Source: Basidiobolus meristosporus CBS 931.73
Lineage: Eukaryota > Fungi > Basidiobolomycota
Assembly: GCA_002104905.1 (NCBI GenBank)
Contig: MCFE01000251.1
Coordinates: 49,887-113,886 of the forward strand
Direction: 5' to 3'
DNA length: 64,000 bases
Shown: piece by piece, positions 41,201 to 52,894 of the stretch
How the letters are laid out: every line of letters starts with the position of its first letter
How positions within the stretch are numbered: the first letter of the stretch is position 1
The notes under the pieces: model-generated
The model's database searches: none
The model's input: only the letters and a program-made list of their open reading frames with translations
Told to the model about the DNA's origin: nothing
Program-made: the position numbers and the translations under genes

Positions 41201-44200
41201 GAGCCCTCTTTCTTAACACATGAGTAGATCGAAATATATCATGAATCTTGAGCAATCAGTGGTGAATGTGTCTCTAACTTACTTCAACCTGTACCGCGTT
41301 ATGTTACGTAACCCTAGAATATGCTACCCACAAGCCCAACCTGGTGCTCATGGTATGTGATAGGGATCCATTGAGTTGAATCGAATTGTCGGAAATCAAG
41401 TGATGCTCACTTCAAAATATGGGGTATGGTTAGGGCTGGCTCATTGGCAAGTCCTCCGAAGATCATCTTGACTACAGAAAGCTGGAGCCATATATGACAC
41501 AGAGTAGGAACTAGAAATCTGCGGTAACCACTTCAATACTACTAACCGCTCCAGAACGGATCCATGGGCTTGATTCGATCCTTTAGGAGCACCTGTAGTA
41601 CCCATCTGGTCATGAACACAATCCTTGTTCTGGGCTAACGGAGAGCAAGGGATAATGAAAATAGCGAAGAGATTGCGATTTACTGCTCACTTCACTAACT
41701 CTAAATCTAGCTGTGTTAGTGAGCCAATAATGACGTATTCGCTGGATCCGTGAGTATGGCCATCATTGATGAAATTCTGCATGTGTCGGTGATGAACTAC
41801 AGATCATGATGATCTTTTGATTGGAATGAAACGTGGCCATGAGATATGATATATGTGCTTTGTTTTGCTCTATCCAGGATCACAATAAATGATCGAGTCG
41901 CCAGCGCCTATTGTCGATTGATCATGTGCTGTTGTCAACTGCGAAGAAAATCAGTAGATAAGAATCATGTCTCATTCCCTTGTGAAATAGAACAAAAGGG
42001 TTCCCGGAATCAATCACTGCATGGGCTTCTAAATATGTTGGTGGAGTTCGTGTTCGGGGGTTATTCTTTAAAGGGTAATCTGTGGAATCTTTGGTGACCA
42101 ATCCTAGATTCGATTTGTATGCAGGAATTTGACTTACGGGGGTATAGCAGCGCAACTCTTTGACCGCTTGTTAGGGCTCCTTCCAGTTAAGTGGACCACT
42201 TACGTACATCTAATAAAACTATGATCACGCTTGTCTGGTATAGGACATGATCAGAATAGACTAGATAAAATAATCCAAATTATGATGCATCTTAAAACAT
42301 CACTGTATCATTTTCAAGCTGGATATTTGGCATCCATCACTTACGAGTTCATTGATTTCCGCCATTTCATCTCAAAAACACTTAAGGTTGCTTCGCCAAT
42401 CAGTCCATGAATCAATCCATCGGCAATCCCAGTTTACGGCTTATTGTGGGAAGCATCATTCAGGTTTTTCTTGGGAAAGAGCATTGGTATTCCAAGCACT
42501 AAAAGCAACTCTACTGGACACCGTAGTTTATTTGGAATAAGAATTTCTATGTACAGCTGAGGGATGGATTCAACAGAAGCCAAGGTGCATCAGCATTTCA
42601 CCACAGATTGCCCAAGAAAATACATTGGGGGCTCAGCCACGATTTCTCGCTCTATGCCCGAAGCTCTGGACCTGAACAGCATTGGCCAGGAAGCCTTACG
42701 AATGCTGCCCGGAGGTTATCTGAAGGGAGGAATATTTCATTGAACGAACCAATGTTCGCCTGCCTCATATATAGTCACTACTTGTCTGACGATAGCAAGG
42801 GCGCGAAGATATGACGGCTTCAAATTTGCTGCCATGACGAGTATGAAATGATCAAACAAGAAATTCGGAAGCCATTCTTGTGGATATCCACGTACCGTAT
42901 ACCTTTTTTCAGCGTGGGCATTAATCATGCATTCGAAATATCTGTGCATAGTGTAACAACCGACATAGGTGTTATAAGGGATAGGCCAATATAACGGCTG
43001 AACTTTCACGCCTCTTTGGGTGGCTTTCGAATTCAGATACGTGCGGCATAAAAGGTGTGCACATGGTCTGAATAGATTCCCTAGCCTATATGCACACCAG
43101 CGCTGCCAACAGCAGGCAGGTCGATTCACAAACATAAACAGCATGGATGATACGTAGCCTTAATTCCAAAGATGCATCGGAGGTAGATGATCATGTATGG
43201 AAAAGGAAACTGGAGTGATGGGTACGCGATATCAGCTTAAATTGATACATCGATTATATCCTACTCCACTTCAGAGCCTAAACGGCTTTCCATAATGTGC
43301 TGTATCGTGCCAATGCAATGTTACACGATGGTGTTGCTATAGTCGTATCAAAAATAATACGATCGCATGGCTGTCTATTGGGTTACAAATCTCTTCCTTC
43401 AGTTAGGTTTGCAGATATACTGGCAGGTGTGTTGTCGTCTCAAAAGAGTAGTCACAACGCCTGTTGCGAAATCAAATTTGGGCAATCAGCAAAGGGGGTG
43501 AGTCTTTGTAGGTAGCTGGTCTGTACAATCAGCAAGAGTTCTTTTTAGAAACCACTAATGATTGCAGTGACACGATCTCCATTTGAAGTTAATAAATATG
43601 CATTCAGTGGTGCATATGGGTATTTTTATTGATCCGACACTCACCAGTTGCCATGCCCGAGCACATGTGTGGAGTAGTAAAGGAGGCCGGAATATAATTC
43701 ATATACTGATCCTCAAGTACGGTGCTCGGATCAAACATCCTGATTTGATGATGAGGATGAACCGGAATACTTGAAGAGTGGTTACAACGGTGATATTGCA
43801 AATGGCAACGGCATTGGTCCGCAAGTAATATCTATAGATACAAGGCATGCTCTATATTATAATACCTCATGGCATTACCCAATCACACCTGGCCATCACA
43901 GATACCGAGAAATTAAAGCCGGAGTCAGTATTTATCGACACAATAGCCATGCTGGTCTTTGTACCTCAGCACTATACGCGTCCATCATACATATGGAGTC
44001 AAACACTATCAGCCGACTCATCATTAATCACACAGCAGATTCCCCAAGCTCGCCGGCAGAGACAAGCCATGTTTATGAGGGAGTGGCACGGAATAGCTGC
44101 TACAACAGAGGCCTGAGATAGCTAATGAATATGCACTAGCATGAATCTAAGATGACTTCATTCAATAAAGACAAATCTGGGAGCCTTGTCGGAATTAAAT

Positions 44201-44363
44201 GGGAAATCATTACAACGGATTCGACGTAGACTAAATAAACAAAGGAGAAATTCTCATCACTGCCTAATTATGGCTGACTATAAACAAATCCAGCCACGAT
44301 TGGCCAAGCCATTAGCAGTAGAGTTCAATCACTGGCATCGTAATTAAATTGATATTATTCTGT

Positions 44364-44484
44364 TTTCCTGTAATTCCAATTTTTCCCTATTAGTGTCGAG
44401 TCATTCTGATTTCCTGTAATTTCAGCATTTCCCTATAAGTTGCTTTCCTGTAATTCCAAATATTCCCTATATATGTCGAGTCAT
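44364..44484. repeat. three imperfect direct repeats with core TTCCTGTAATT..CA....TTCCCTAT
   Basis: Copies at about 44364, 44410 and 44444. Copies 1 and 3 also share the downstream TGTCGAGTCATT. Confidence 0.8.
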
Positions 44485-44775
44485 TTAGTTGGGTGGCTAA
44501 AAAAACGGTGAAACCATTCTGGGAGAAGCCGTTTGTACTGTTTAAATCAAGCGGAGGGCACAGGTGAGCCCAGTTGTCACGTATATAAGGGCTCGCGAAT
44601 GCCGAATTGGCCTCATCCAGCAAATCCGCCTGACCGGATTTTAAAAGAGATCAACACTCGACTGCTTTCTTTTCAATTTTCCTTTACCAGCGAATTTATC
44701 GACGGAAGTTCAACATCAACCTGTCCAATCGCTCCTTCTATTTCAATCCTGCCCACAAATTCTACTCAGCGCATC

Positions 44776-45759
44776 ATGGTTTACACTAAACAGAATACCA
44801 CCCAACCAGTATATAGCCATCAACGACCTGGCCTGAAGCGACCCAACAATCGCCTTCCAAGGAGCGCTAGCACGAATCATCTGCAGAATGGGTCGCATTC
44901 GTTGCGCCAGCCACAACAAACCCCGGTGCCACATAATCGCACTCGCGTGTCTCCTCGAGACAAGATGGTTGCCGCTTATGCCTCGGTTTACTTGCCTAGT
45001 GCTCATTCAAAGCAAACCTATTTGTTCAGAAGGCTGACTGCTATCCCTGGGCTGCAACTGAATCTTCGAGTCATCAACGTGACTGCTAATAGGATCCAGG
45101 CCCATTGGGAAGGTTTAGAGACTGGCGACACTCATGCTGTTGCCGAGCCCTCTGCTCGAGCCGGCAGAGCTGTCCAACTCTCCACCTACGTCTCCACCAT
45201 CCTTACTCGTACTTCGATGACTTCCATAGGCAATCCTGCGCTTCCTTCGATCTTTCCGTCTTATGCGTGCGTTGCGCTTATCTTGGCGCTGATCTATGTT
45301 GATCGACTGAAGAAGATGCACCCTAGTGCCAAAGGTGAAGCTGGATGTGGCCACCGCCTTTTCCTTGTTTCCTATATGGTTGCCACAAAATACGTCCAGG
45401 CCCATTTCAATTCGCGACCAACACATTCCCGCCCGGATTGCCGTGGTGCAGATGTGGGAGCTGCATCCAATGGATATGAGTCTGCTTCTGCCACTCCATT
45501 TTCATCTTTGATATCGCCTAATGAGCAGTGGGCTCGCCTTAGTACGATATTTTCCACGCCTGAGCTCACTCGCATGGAGCTAGAGCTATTGAGTTTCTTG
45601 CAGTTCAATCTATATGTGTCATACGAGGATTTCATTTACTACTGGAACGTGTACATGGAAATCAACCAAGCGGTTCCAGATGAGAAACCATCCGCTGCCT
45701 ACGAACCCTATGGCGATGAGGAGTGCATCGATGAGGATGCTAGTGTTCCAGATATATGA
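44776..45759 (+). CDS. Pho85-type (Pcl/Pho80-like) cyclin, intronless
   Basis: Cyclin-box signatures ALIYVDRLKK, HRLFLVSYMVATKY, NEQWARLS and ELTRMELELLSFLQFNL. Likely start is MVYTKQ at 44776. Confidence 0.88.
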   Translation: MVYTKQNTTQPVYSHQRPGLKRPNNRLPRSASTNHLQNGSHSLRQPQQTPVPHNRTRVSPRDKMVAAYASVYLPSAHSKQTYLFRRLTAIPGLQLNLRVINVTANRIQAHWEGLETGDTHAVAEPSARAGRAVQLSTYVSTILTRTSMTSIGNPALPSIFPSYACVALILALIYVDRLKKMHPSAKGEAGCGHRLFLVSYMVATKYVQAHFNSRPTHSRPDCRGADVGAASNGYESASATPFSSLISPNEQWARLSTIFSTPELTRMELELLSFLQFNLYVSYEDFIYYWNVYMEINQAVPDEKPSAAYEPYGDEECIDEDASVPDI

Positions 45760-48700
45760 ATCCTCACACTTCAACGCTGATGATTGTGTGACCAGTCTTG
45801 TAGATTTATCCCTCCAGCATGTTTATTTCTCCTCCACCTCTTTTCCTCTGATATATCGCATTCTAGATAGCCTCACGAAACCTTTGAACTTTCTTCTGAT
45901 AGAGTTGAGCTTCTTTATTTGTAAACTAGACGACATCCCATCTTTCTGTACTGATATGAAGATAGTAAAAATTTCCATTCATGACAAAAGTGCTTTGAAC
46001 CACCGGACAAACCCGGCATACTCTTGACTCAAGCTCTGTACTCGACCACCCGTCGGGGTGCTGGACGGATTACAGGGATACAGTGTGGCTGCTCGGAGGC
46101 GTGCTTACGGAAAACGATGTCCTTGTGCTTGGTGAAACCCTATGGGACACCATCGCTCGGAATATCCGTGGCAATGACCAAGCAAATTGAATCAATCCAA
46201 TTTCTCTGGACAAACCCACGCGAAGACCCATGTAGATACTTGCTAAATTCACGTGTATTGTGTTAATATCAGATGCTTGTTACTCCGGTTCGTTGAATCA
46301 TATGAAGATTGGAAATGTCAGACGCGTCTACAGTCCATATATATCGAAGTTGTTTTTCTGCACCTCTATGGATGAGCTGTGCTCAATCAAGCTCGTCCAA
46401 ATCAGATACCATTTGATATGGAAATTTCAAGAAAATATAACGCCGAACAAATCTTGTTTGGCTACCGAACCGGATTATCTGGGAAATCAATGCATATCCC
46501 CTATGAAGTACACCTCATTGTACCCGACTTGTTGCGTAGTGAGGTTTTCATCGTTCGCTTCACGCCCAATGCTCAGACCGCAATGGAGGTGGAGTTTTTC
46601 GTGAGAGTTTGAGTGATCAGGTTCTAAGAGATGCTGATGGTTTCCCTTAAACTGGTGTCACTGTCGTTTTTGGAAAATCAAAGAGTAGATCACGCTGTCC
46701 AAAAGCGTCCATAAAACAACCCAGTCATATCAAATACTTACAGGTTAGCGTGTAACCACTAAGCGAGGTTACAGACTAGTGCTTGCTAAATAGTGTGCCG
46801 TGTTTGGGGAGGAAGATAGAGAACTGCCGCTCATATGAATAGAGACCAACCAGATTGTAGCAATCGAATGGTGGCTGCTATGGCTGTCTGCAATGTCGCT
46901 CTTACCTGTTTATTACAATTGTGGCCTTCACCTCCTCAGATCGATTGGCTGCTGCAAAGTTTGTCTTGCCTCAAAGCCAGCCTTGTTCTCCGGTGGAGAA
47001 GTGTTATGTAACCGAAGGTTGAGTTAGCATCATCGCCTATCTGCGGGAAGTGGCATCCTGATCTTAGTATATTGTTGTTGTGACTAAGACATTCCTCTCG
47101 GGATTGGGGTCGTTTAGGAATGCTTGTGGTTATCACCCAAAGTGTACTGGTTTGTAGTCGGTTTGGAGAATACTATAGGGGACAGGCCTTGATGTATTAC
47201 GGGAACACGAGAAAGAACCGAATTTGTCCCGTTGACAAATTGAATGTTGATGATTCCATTCTTGCCAGTTACTGGTCATACATTGCCAGGGTCATGGCAT
47301 TGATTTACTCATGAATATATCATTGGTTCGTGGCATTAATGAAGATGAGCCTATTCAACCAACGGAACAAGTAACTTCTCTGTGCATCGAATATGAATAA
47401 TTGTGTGGTGTGAATATCAGCGTCGTTCAAGTGTTTGAAGTGGAGTGCTCCTATAGTATAGTAGCTCCCAAATGATTGGTCGGCAGATTACCTTCTCGAT
47501 GGATTCCCACTGACTTGAGCGAATCCATGCAGCTTTCCAATGAGCCGCAACTTCGTCTTGTCGCTCCTTCCGGTTCCTATTCGCACAGTAGGGCTTTAGT
47601 TTCCGTTGGTGCACAATCTCATTGTAGCACGAACCCTGGTAGGGTAATCGCAACGCGCTCCAAAGCCCCGATATAGTTTGATTTAACTGCGTGAACTGGA
47701 TATAGGAATGTTTTAATTGGTCTTGGAAGTAGACATCGCACAAAATCTTTGATTATAGCTCAGATCGACTTGAACGCAACGTAGTGGTAGGTCTGTTACA
47801 ACACAAACAGTAATATGTCGTAGTTTCCTGCTGCTGCCGGAAATGTTGTAAAAGGGGTGCGCTATGGTGGACTGACGGATGACTATAGACCGCATCAACC
47901 TAGTGAGGGTGAGGTGCAGGCGGAGTCAAGAGCTGGGAATCATCACAGGTCCGTTGCAAGCTAACAGAAAATCTCGTGGAAAATGGGGATCAAGTAACAA
48001 TTTCACCGGAGAGTAGATTTGACACTTATCAAGCCATGCAGTAGTCAGCCCTTCTGATGTGAATGTGTAAGCACGCAAGGAAGGGTGCGTTCGGCATTGA
48101 CTGTCCATCTGTAGATGGACTGCAGAAATGAAAGCATCCACATCGGCAGTCGGAATCATCTGGGTGAGAGCCCCTATTTTGATTTCTATTTGAGTCCAAG
48201 GTTTCAAGAGTAATCAGTAACGTAATTATTGTGTGGCTCATCATGGCTGACTACCAGGAAGAGGTTGATGCCGGGTCGTATTGTCGGTACTACTACAAGT
48301 CTGAGCATGTTGTTGGAGCTGGAAGGCATCTGGCTGGCGCTACCTGCCCTTCTTGTTCCTGGCATCCCTGGGCGCAGGCACCAGGTGAAAACCTATCGAC
48401 AACTGCATTGCGTTTAGGTTGATGGAATGGTGAGCTGATTGCATGCATATCGTGCACTCATCCCACCTCACACACGGCTAGCTCATTCGCTACCCATTGA
48501 TTCACCAAGCTGTGAGACAGAGATTTGGTGTGGCACCTGCACCCTCTTGTCGCTAGCCTATATTGATACAGTAGCCAGATCAAATCAATCATCCACCGTG
48601 TGTTGGTTGCACACCCTGAGGTACCTGGTAAATTCGTGGTGTTGGAAAAATTCATACTGGGCCCCGGGCTCGTACTGGAGGATCTGAGCATGTCGTTCTC

Positions 48701-49708
48701 CATCCGCGGTTATGCCCACATTCTTTTCCGTAGGATCTTGCCAATAGTGCATCACTGTAAAATGAAGGCTGGGTTTCGTTGTCCCGGTGACTCTGATCCT
48801 CCTGCAATCATTCGGGTGTTGATGCCATCTTGTACAAATCGAAGCCCAATCGCAGAAGGCTCCATGGCTTACCCCATCACTGGCACACCTGATGATCACG
48901 ATTTTAGGTAGGGCCGCACTAAGGTTTGGGTGGGCGCCGCCTGGCTAGGCGCATAGAGCAGCAGCTGGATGGTCCGCTGCATCAGAGTTGAGAACCTGAA
49001 ATGGAAATGGACACTGGACCGCTGAATTCTGGCAACGCCATCATGTTGGTTTGCTCAGTCTAGTTGGCCGTGGATAGTGGAGATTGGTGATTGAGCATTG
49101 TATTATCCTCCAGAACAGCTGTAGTTCGTTATGTGGAATCTCCTGATGGCTAAATGAAATCATGTTTCCCATTAGCATGCAGAGCATCTGATCCTCGCGA
49201 TCTCTAACCACCCCAATTATCATAGTCTCAGCAAGGCTCCATTTGTAGTGAATCTTTTCATGCATGGTTTTTTGTAGTATTCATCCTCAATAATATCGAC
49301 ATTCTCGTACAAACGTATAATTGCGCCCTGCTCGATCATTAAATATCGCCTTACTCGCTTTCAAGTGCTAAAGCCGAATTGGTCATGAGGAAAGGAGACT
49401 GTATCATTATACGTATTACCTAAATGCAGATGTCCTGATCTAAATCAGTTGCGGTCTTTATATTGATTTCTTTGTTGAGTTAGCTAGACTAAAATAATCG
49501 AGACATCTTATAAGACCGTCACAAGCACTTCAACACTTTGCTTTAGATATTATTTGTAATTTATTGCAACATTACAGCATACCAAGTGGCCTGATAGACA
49601 CCATTTCTCACCGGTCTTTGGTTAAAAAGAAACTTGACCCCCTTCGACTGTTCCCTATTCCTTGGGGTGTTCATTTCCTTCATCCACATTGCTATCATTC
49701 CTGCTTCA

Positions 49709-52700
49709 ATGAGTGACTGGAGCAACCACCTAAATGATGGCCGTATGTACCAGCAACCCGAAGTGGTCTCCATGTACTCTAGTTCAGCAGCTAGCATAGA
49801 TAATTATGCGCTATCTTATCATCCCAATTCTATTCCTCAGCTACAGTCTTCAATCTTATCCGGCAACGCAAGCCATCATGAGCTTACCTACTCTCCTAAT
49901 GACTTCCTTGGCATTATGCCGATGCTTCCAACAACAGCAGCAACATCATTTGCAAGCAATATAGCTCCATTCCAATTTCATGGTAAGTAGCTCAAGTGTG
50001 TTTTTGTTGGCTTCTCCACTTCTTAAATACCATACGGTAAACCGCCTCTCCAGCCGTTTTGTCGGTTATTGTGTTTGCCGAAGTATTACAAAAGCTAAGA
50101 ATAAGCGCACTCTATCCACACATACAAAGATGTTTAGAAGAGGATGTTCGAAGGAAAATAGAGCAACTCATCGATGGTAGTTTTCCAACGCTCTTCATCC
50201 AATCAAGTATTTCAAGGGCATGGATTGAGTGGAGACTCTTAAAAAAGTTGCCAATAGATAAGCAAGCAGATGGAACAAGAGTTAACTCGACGGAATTTCC
50301 GAAACATCACGGTTGGCATCTTGCTTCTCGACTCGGTTACGTAATGGCAAACACAATATTGGAGAGGCAGCCTCAGTGCTCGCACACTGATACTACTATC
50401 TGTGTGTTAAATCACCGCATGCCGTTTTATTTCTACAAGCTAGATGCAGCGACTCGTACTGACTCTTTTACTTCTGTATAAACTTGCTGAACAAATTGTG
50501 CGATTCTTCGCTACGTTATCATAAACCAGACGCACCTCTAGGCCATGACGTGAGAAATTTTACTGAGGAACAACTAGAGCGGCTAGAGGACATCTATCTC
50601 ACTTCAGGACGATATGGGTGCCCTTCTAGTCAGACACAGTATATTCTTGCTCATTCGTTTGGTTGCTCAGAGACTCAGGTATGCGGCATATCAATGCCTG
50701 CTGGCATGCTGTATTCATCTTTCTGTCTACATAGATCAACGCATGGTTTACAAGGCGTAGAGAGAGGGAGTCTCAAGTTAAAATTCAAACCGGCTATGCT
50801 GGCGGTAATTCATAAGAAGTGTCATCAATTCGTGTAGATTGCTCATCTTGCAAATTTCTTTTGGCAGCGCAAGGGGACCGCCGATTCAATGTTCTAGGTA
50901 ACTCTAGTAGTTAGATGTCAAAACGTAATCCTTACCTAACGGAAAGTACATTTGGATTGACTAGGGTGGCCATCGTTGGGCTCGATCGTGAATCCGGTCG
51001 TTGAAAGAGCAAGCAATGGTAATATTTAAAGTTCTAGCAGTCAAGCGTCCGATAAATGTGCTCAATAGCTTTGGGCAGTTCAAAGCGCCCTTCAATTTCG
51101 CGAGCCATTAAATCGACCGAATCCAATACACCACAAGGATCAGATCAATGACTGTAAGATTTCACAGTCATTAATATACGCATCCGGAAATGCTCACTTC
51201 CTACTCAGTAGATTGGCCTTCTATGATGGACTTGGCTCCTATAAAAGCCGACAACATACTGAATGCGGAACGTAAGATCATCAATTTGGATCCCTTGCAT
51301 TTTTCCTATTACAGAACTGTTCGGCTGAAACTTGTGGAAATTGTTAGCTTTGAGTAGCAGCGCCTTTAGTGGATTTGAATTGAACTATCCCAGCGATTTG
51401 CCCAAAGACAACGACTCGCAAGATGCCTCCAATTTGGGCGACTTTCTGGCGGGGATAGAAACTTGTTCGTATTACATTCATTTCAACAAGACGTTTGTAC
51501 TAACCCAGATTTCTGACGTATCTTTGTTATGCTATTCTCAGTGGAAGGTATACTTGTGAGCATAATGGCCATGTTGTAGCAAAAATTCATCCCGTTATAT
51601 TTATTAAGCCCAGTGTAATTCTCAAGGAGCAATGCGTATGGAAGGTAAGATCTCAAAAAGTGGATTTGTGTGCGCTTTGCTTAATTTTTAATTTAGAGCT
51701 TTCAGGGATGCCGAGTGGTAAGTTTACTGAATCTCATGCGCCCCGACTAGCACATCGATGATTGACTCCACGTACCTCTAGTTGGCTACGGCTTGCTTGC
51801 ATCGCCTGGTGGGTATTTCTCAACATATTGATGTTAAATCCATTTCTTTCACAAACTACAAGGAGGCTAAACTGCAGTCTTGGCTCATAGGTAACCCACA
51901 TACGCCAACAACTCTACAAGGTAACCATCTGTTGGGTGGACAGCTCTATTGGATATTAGATTCTTATACAACTCTAGACTGGCCCTTACTAGCCCCACTA
52001 TCGAATAGCAGTAGCCATTGTAAGTATTTTCTGGTATTCCTGGATTAATTGGTGCGATACAGTCATCAATCAAACTTCCACTGTAGCAAACATTTTCACG
52101 CCGACGACAACCTTTGAATCAAGTATGCAGTCATAGTTTGTAGAATGCACTTGCCATAATACTGACAAATACAATAGGTACTCTCCATACCGACCTAAGC
52201 GTCAATGCGAGCTGCGTACCATCCAAATTGGATTCATTTCCAACCGGTGACGCAGATACGGAAGCTGTGACCTTCTCTAAGAGCTTCGAGATTAGTCCAC
52301 AAAGTGGTTTGTGTATTTAATCTTAGCAAGCGAAGTTAAGCGCATGCCATTTATTCATGAACTTAAGACCTTCAGAAATGCACGAGCAATATCCCTTTCT
52401 CACGACTACCGGGATCAGCAACCTCTACTGGTTCTGCATCGCAATTAGGTAAACTACCTGTTTTTGAAAGTGCACACACACTCCTACTCACTATGGCGAC
52501 TGATACCGCGTCTGAGTTACAGTCGATACCTCTGGAGCAAGATCCACTATCAATGGATTGGCATTTGCTCCTATCACCCCTCATCACCGCGCAGCCCTTG
52601 CGTTCAATGCAGAATTTTCCAATTATCCTGGCGCGGTCTTTGGTTTTCCTTACAACTGGGGAAATCCAAGCTTGATCCATCAAGTGGTACCAGGGATGCT

Positions 52701-52826
52701 GCAAAGCTACCAGCACACGGCGAACAGTGAGTGTAATTTACACCTGGATTCGGCCACCGTTAACGAAAACATCCGTATTTTTAGCATTTTCCCAAGGTTA
52801 TCATAAAAGCGTCCGCGGCACTCCAG
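49709..52826 (+). CDS. homeodomain-containing multi-exon coding region, possibly the 5' half of the downstream PNUTS-like gene
   Basis: Splicing out 50679-50734 (GTATGC...TAG) gives RNFTEEQLERLEDIY...LAHSFGCSETQ-INAWFTRRRERE, a homeodomain with the helix-3 WF..RR pattern. Further short GT-AG exons follow; some junctions are ambiguous. Confidence 0.7.
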
Positions 52827-52894
52827 GTACGTAGATTCTGTCCAGCTATCAAGAATCGAGCTTGGATGCAGTACTCACCCTTAAAAAATGGTAG

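Noticed and set aside
13520-42180. Scattered single TTAGGG/CCCTAA hexamers (for example near 26581)
   Set aside because: They are isolated and at about chance frequency; none forms an interstitial telomere tract.
48029-48911. Faint Gypsy RT/RNaseH-like words on the minus strand
   Set aside because: Resemblance is limited to a few residues, with no intact diagnostic motif.
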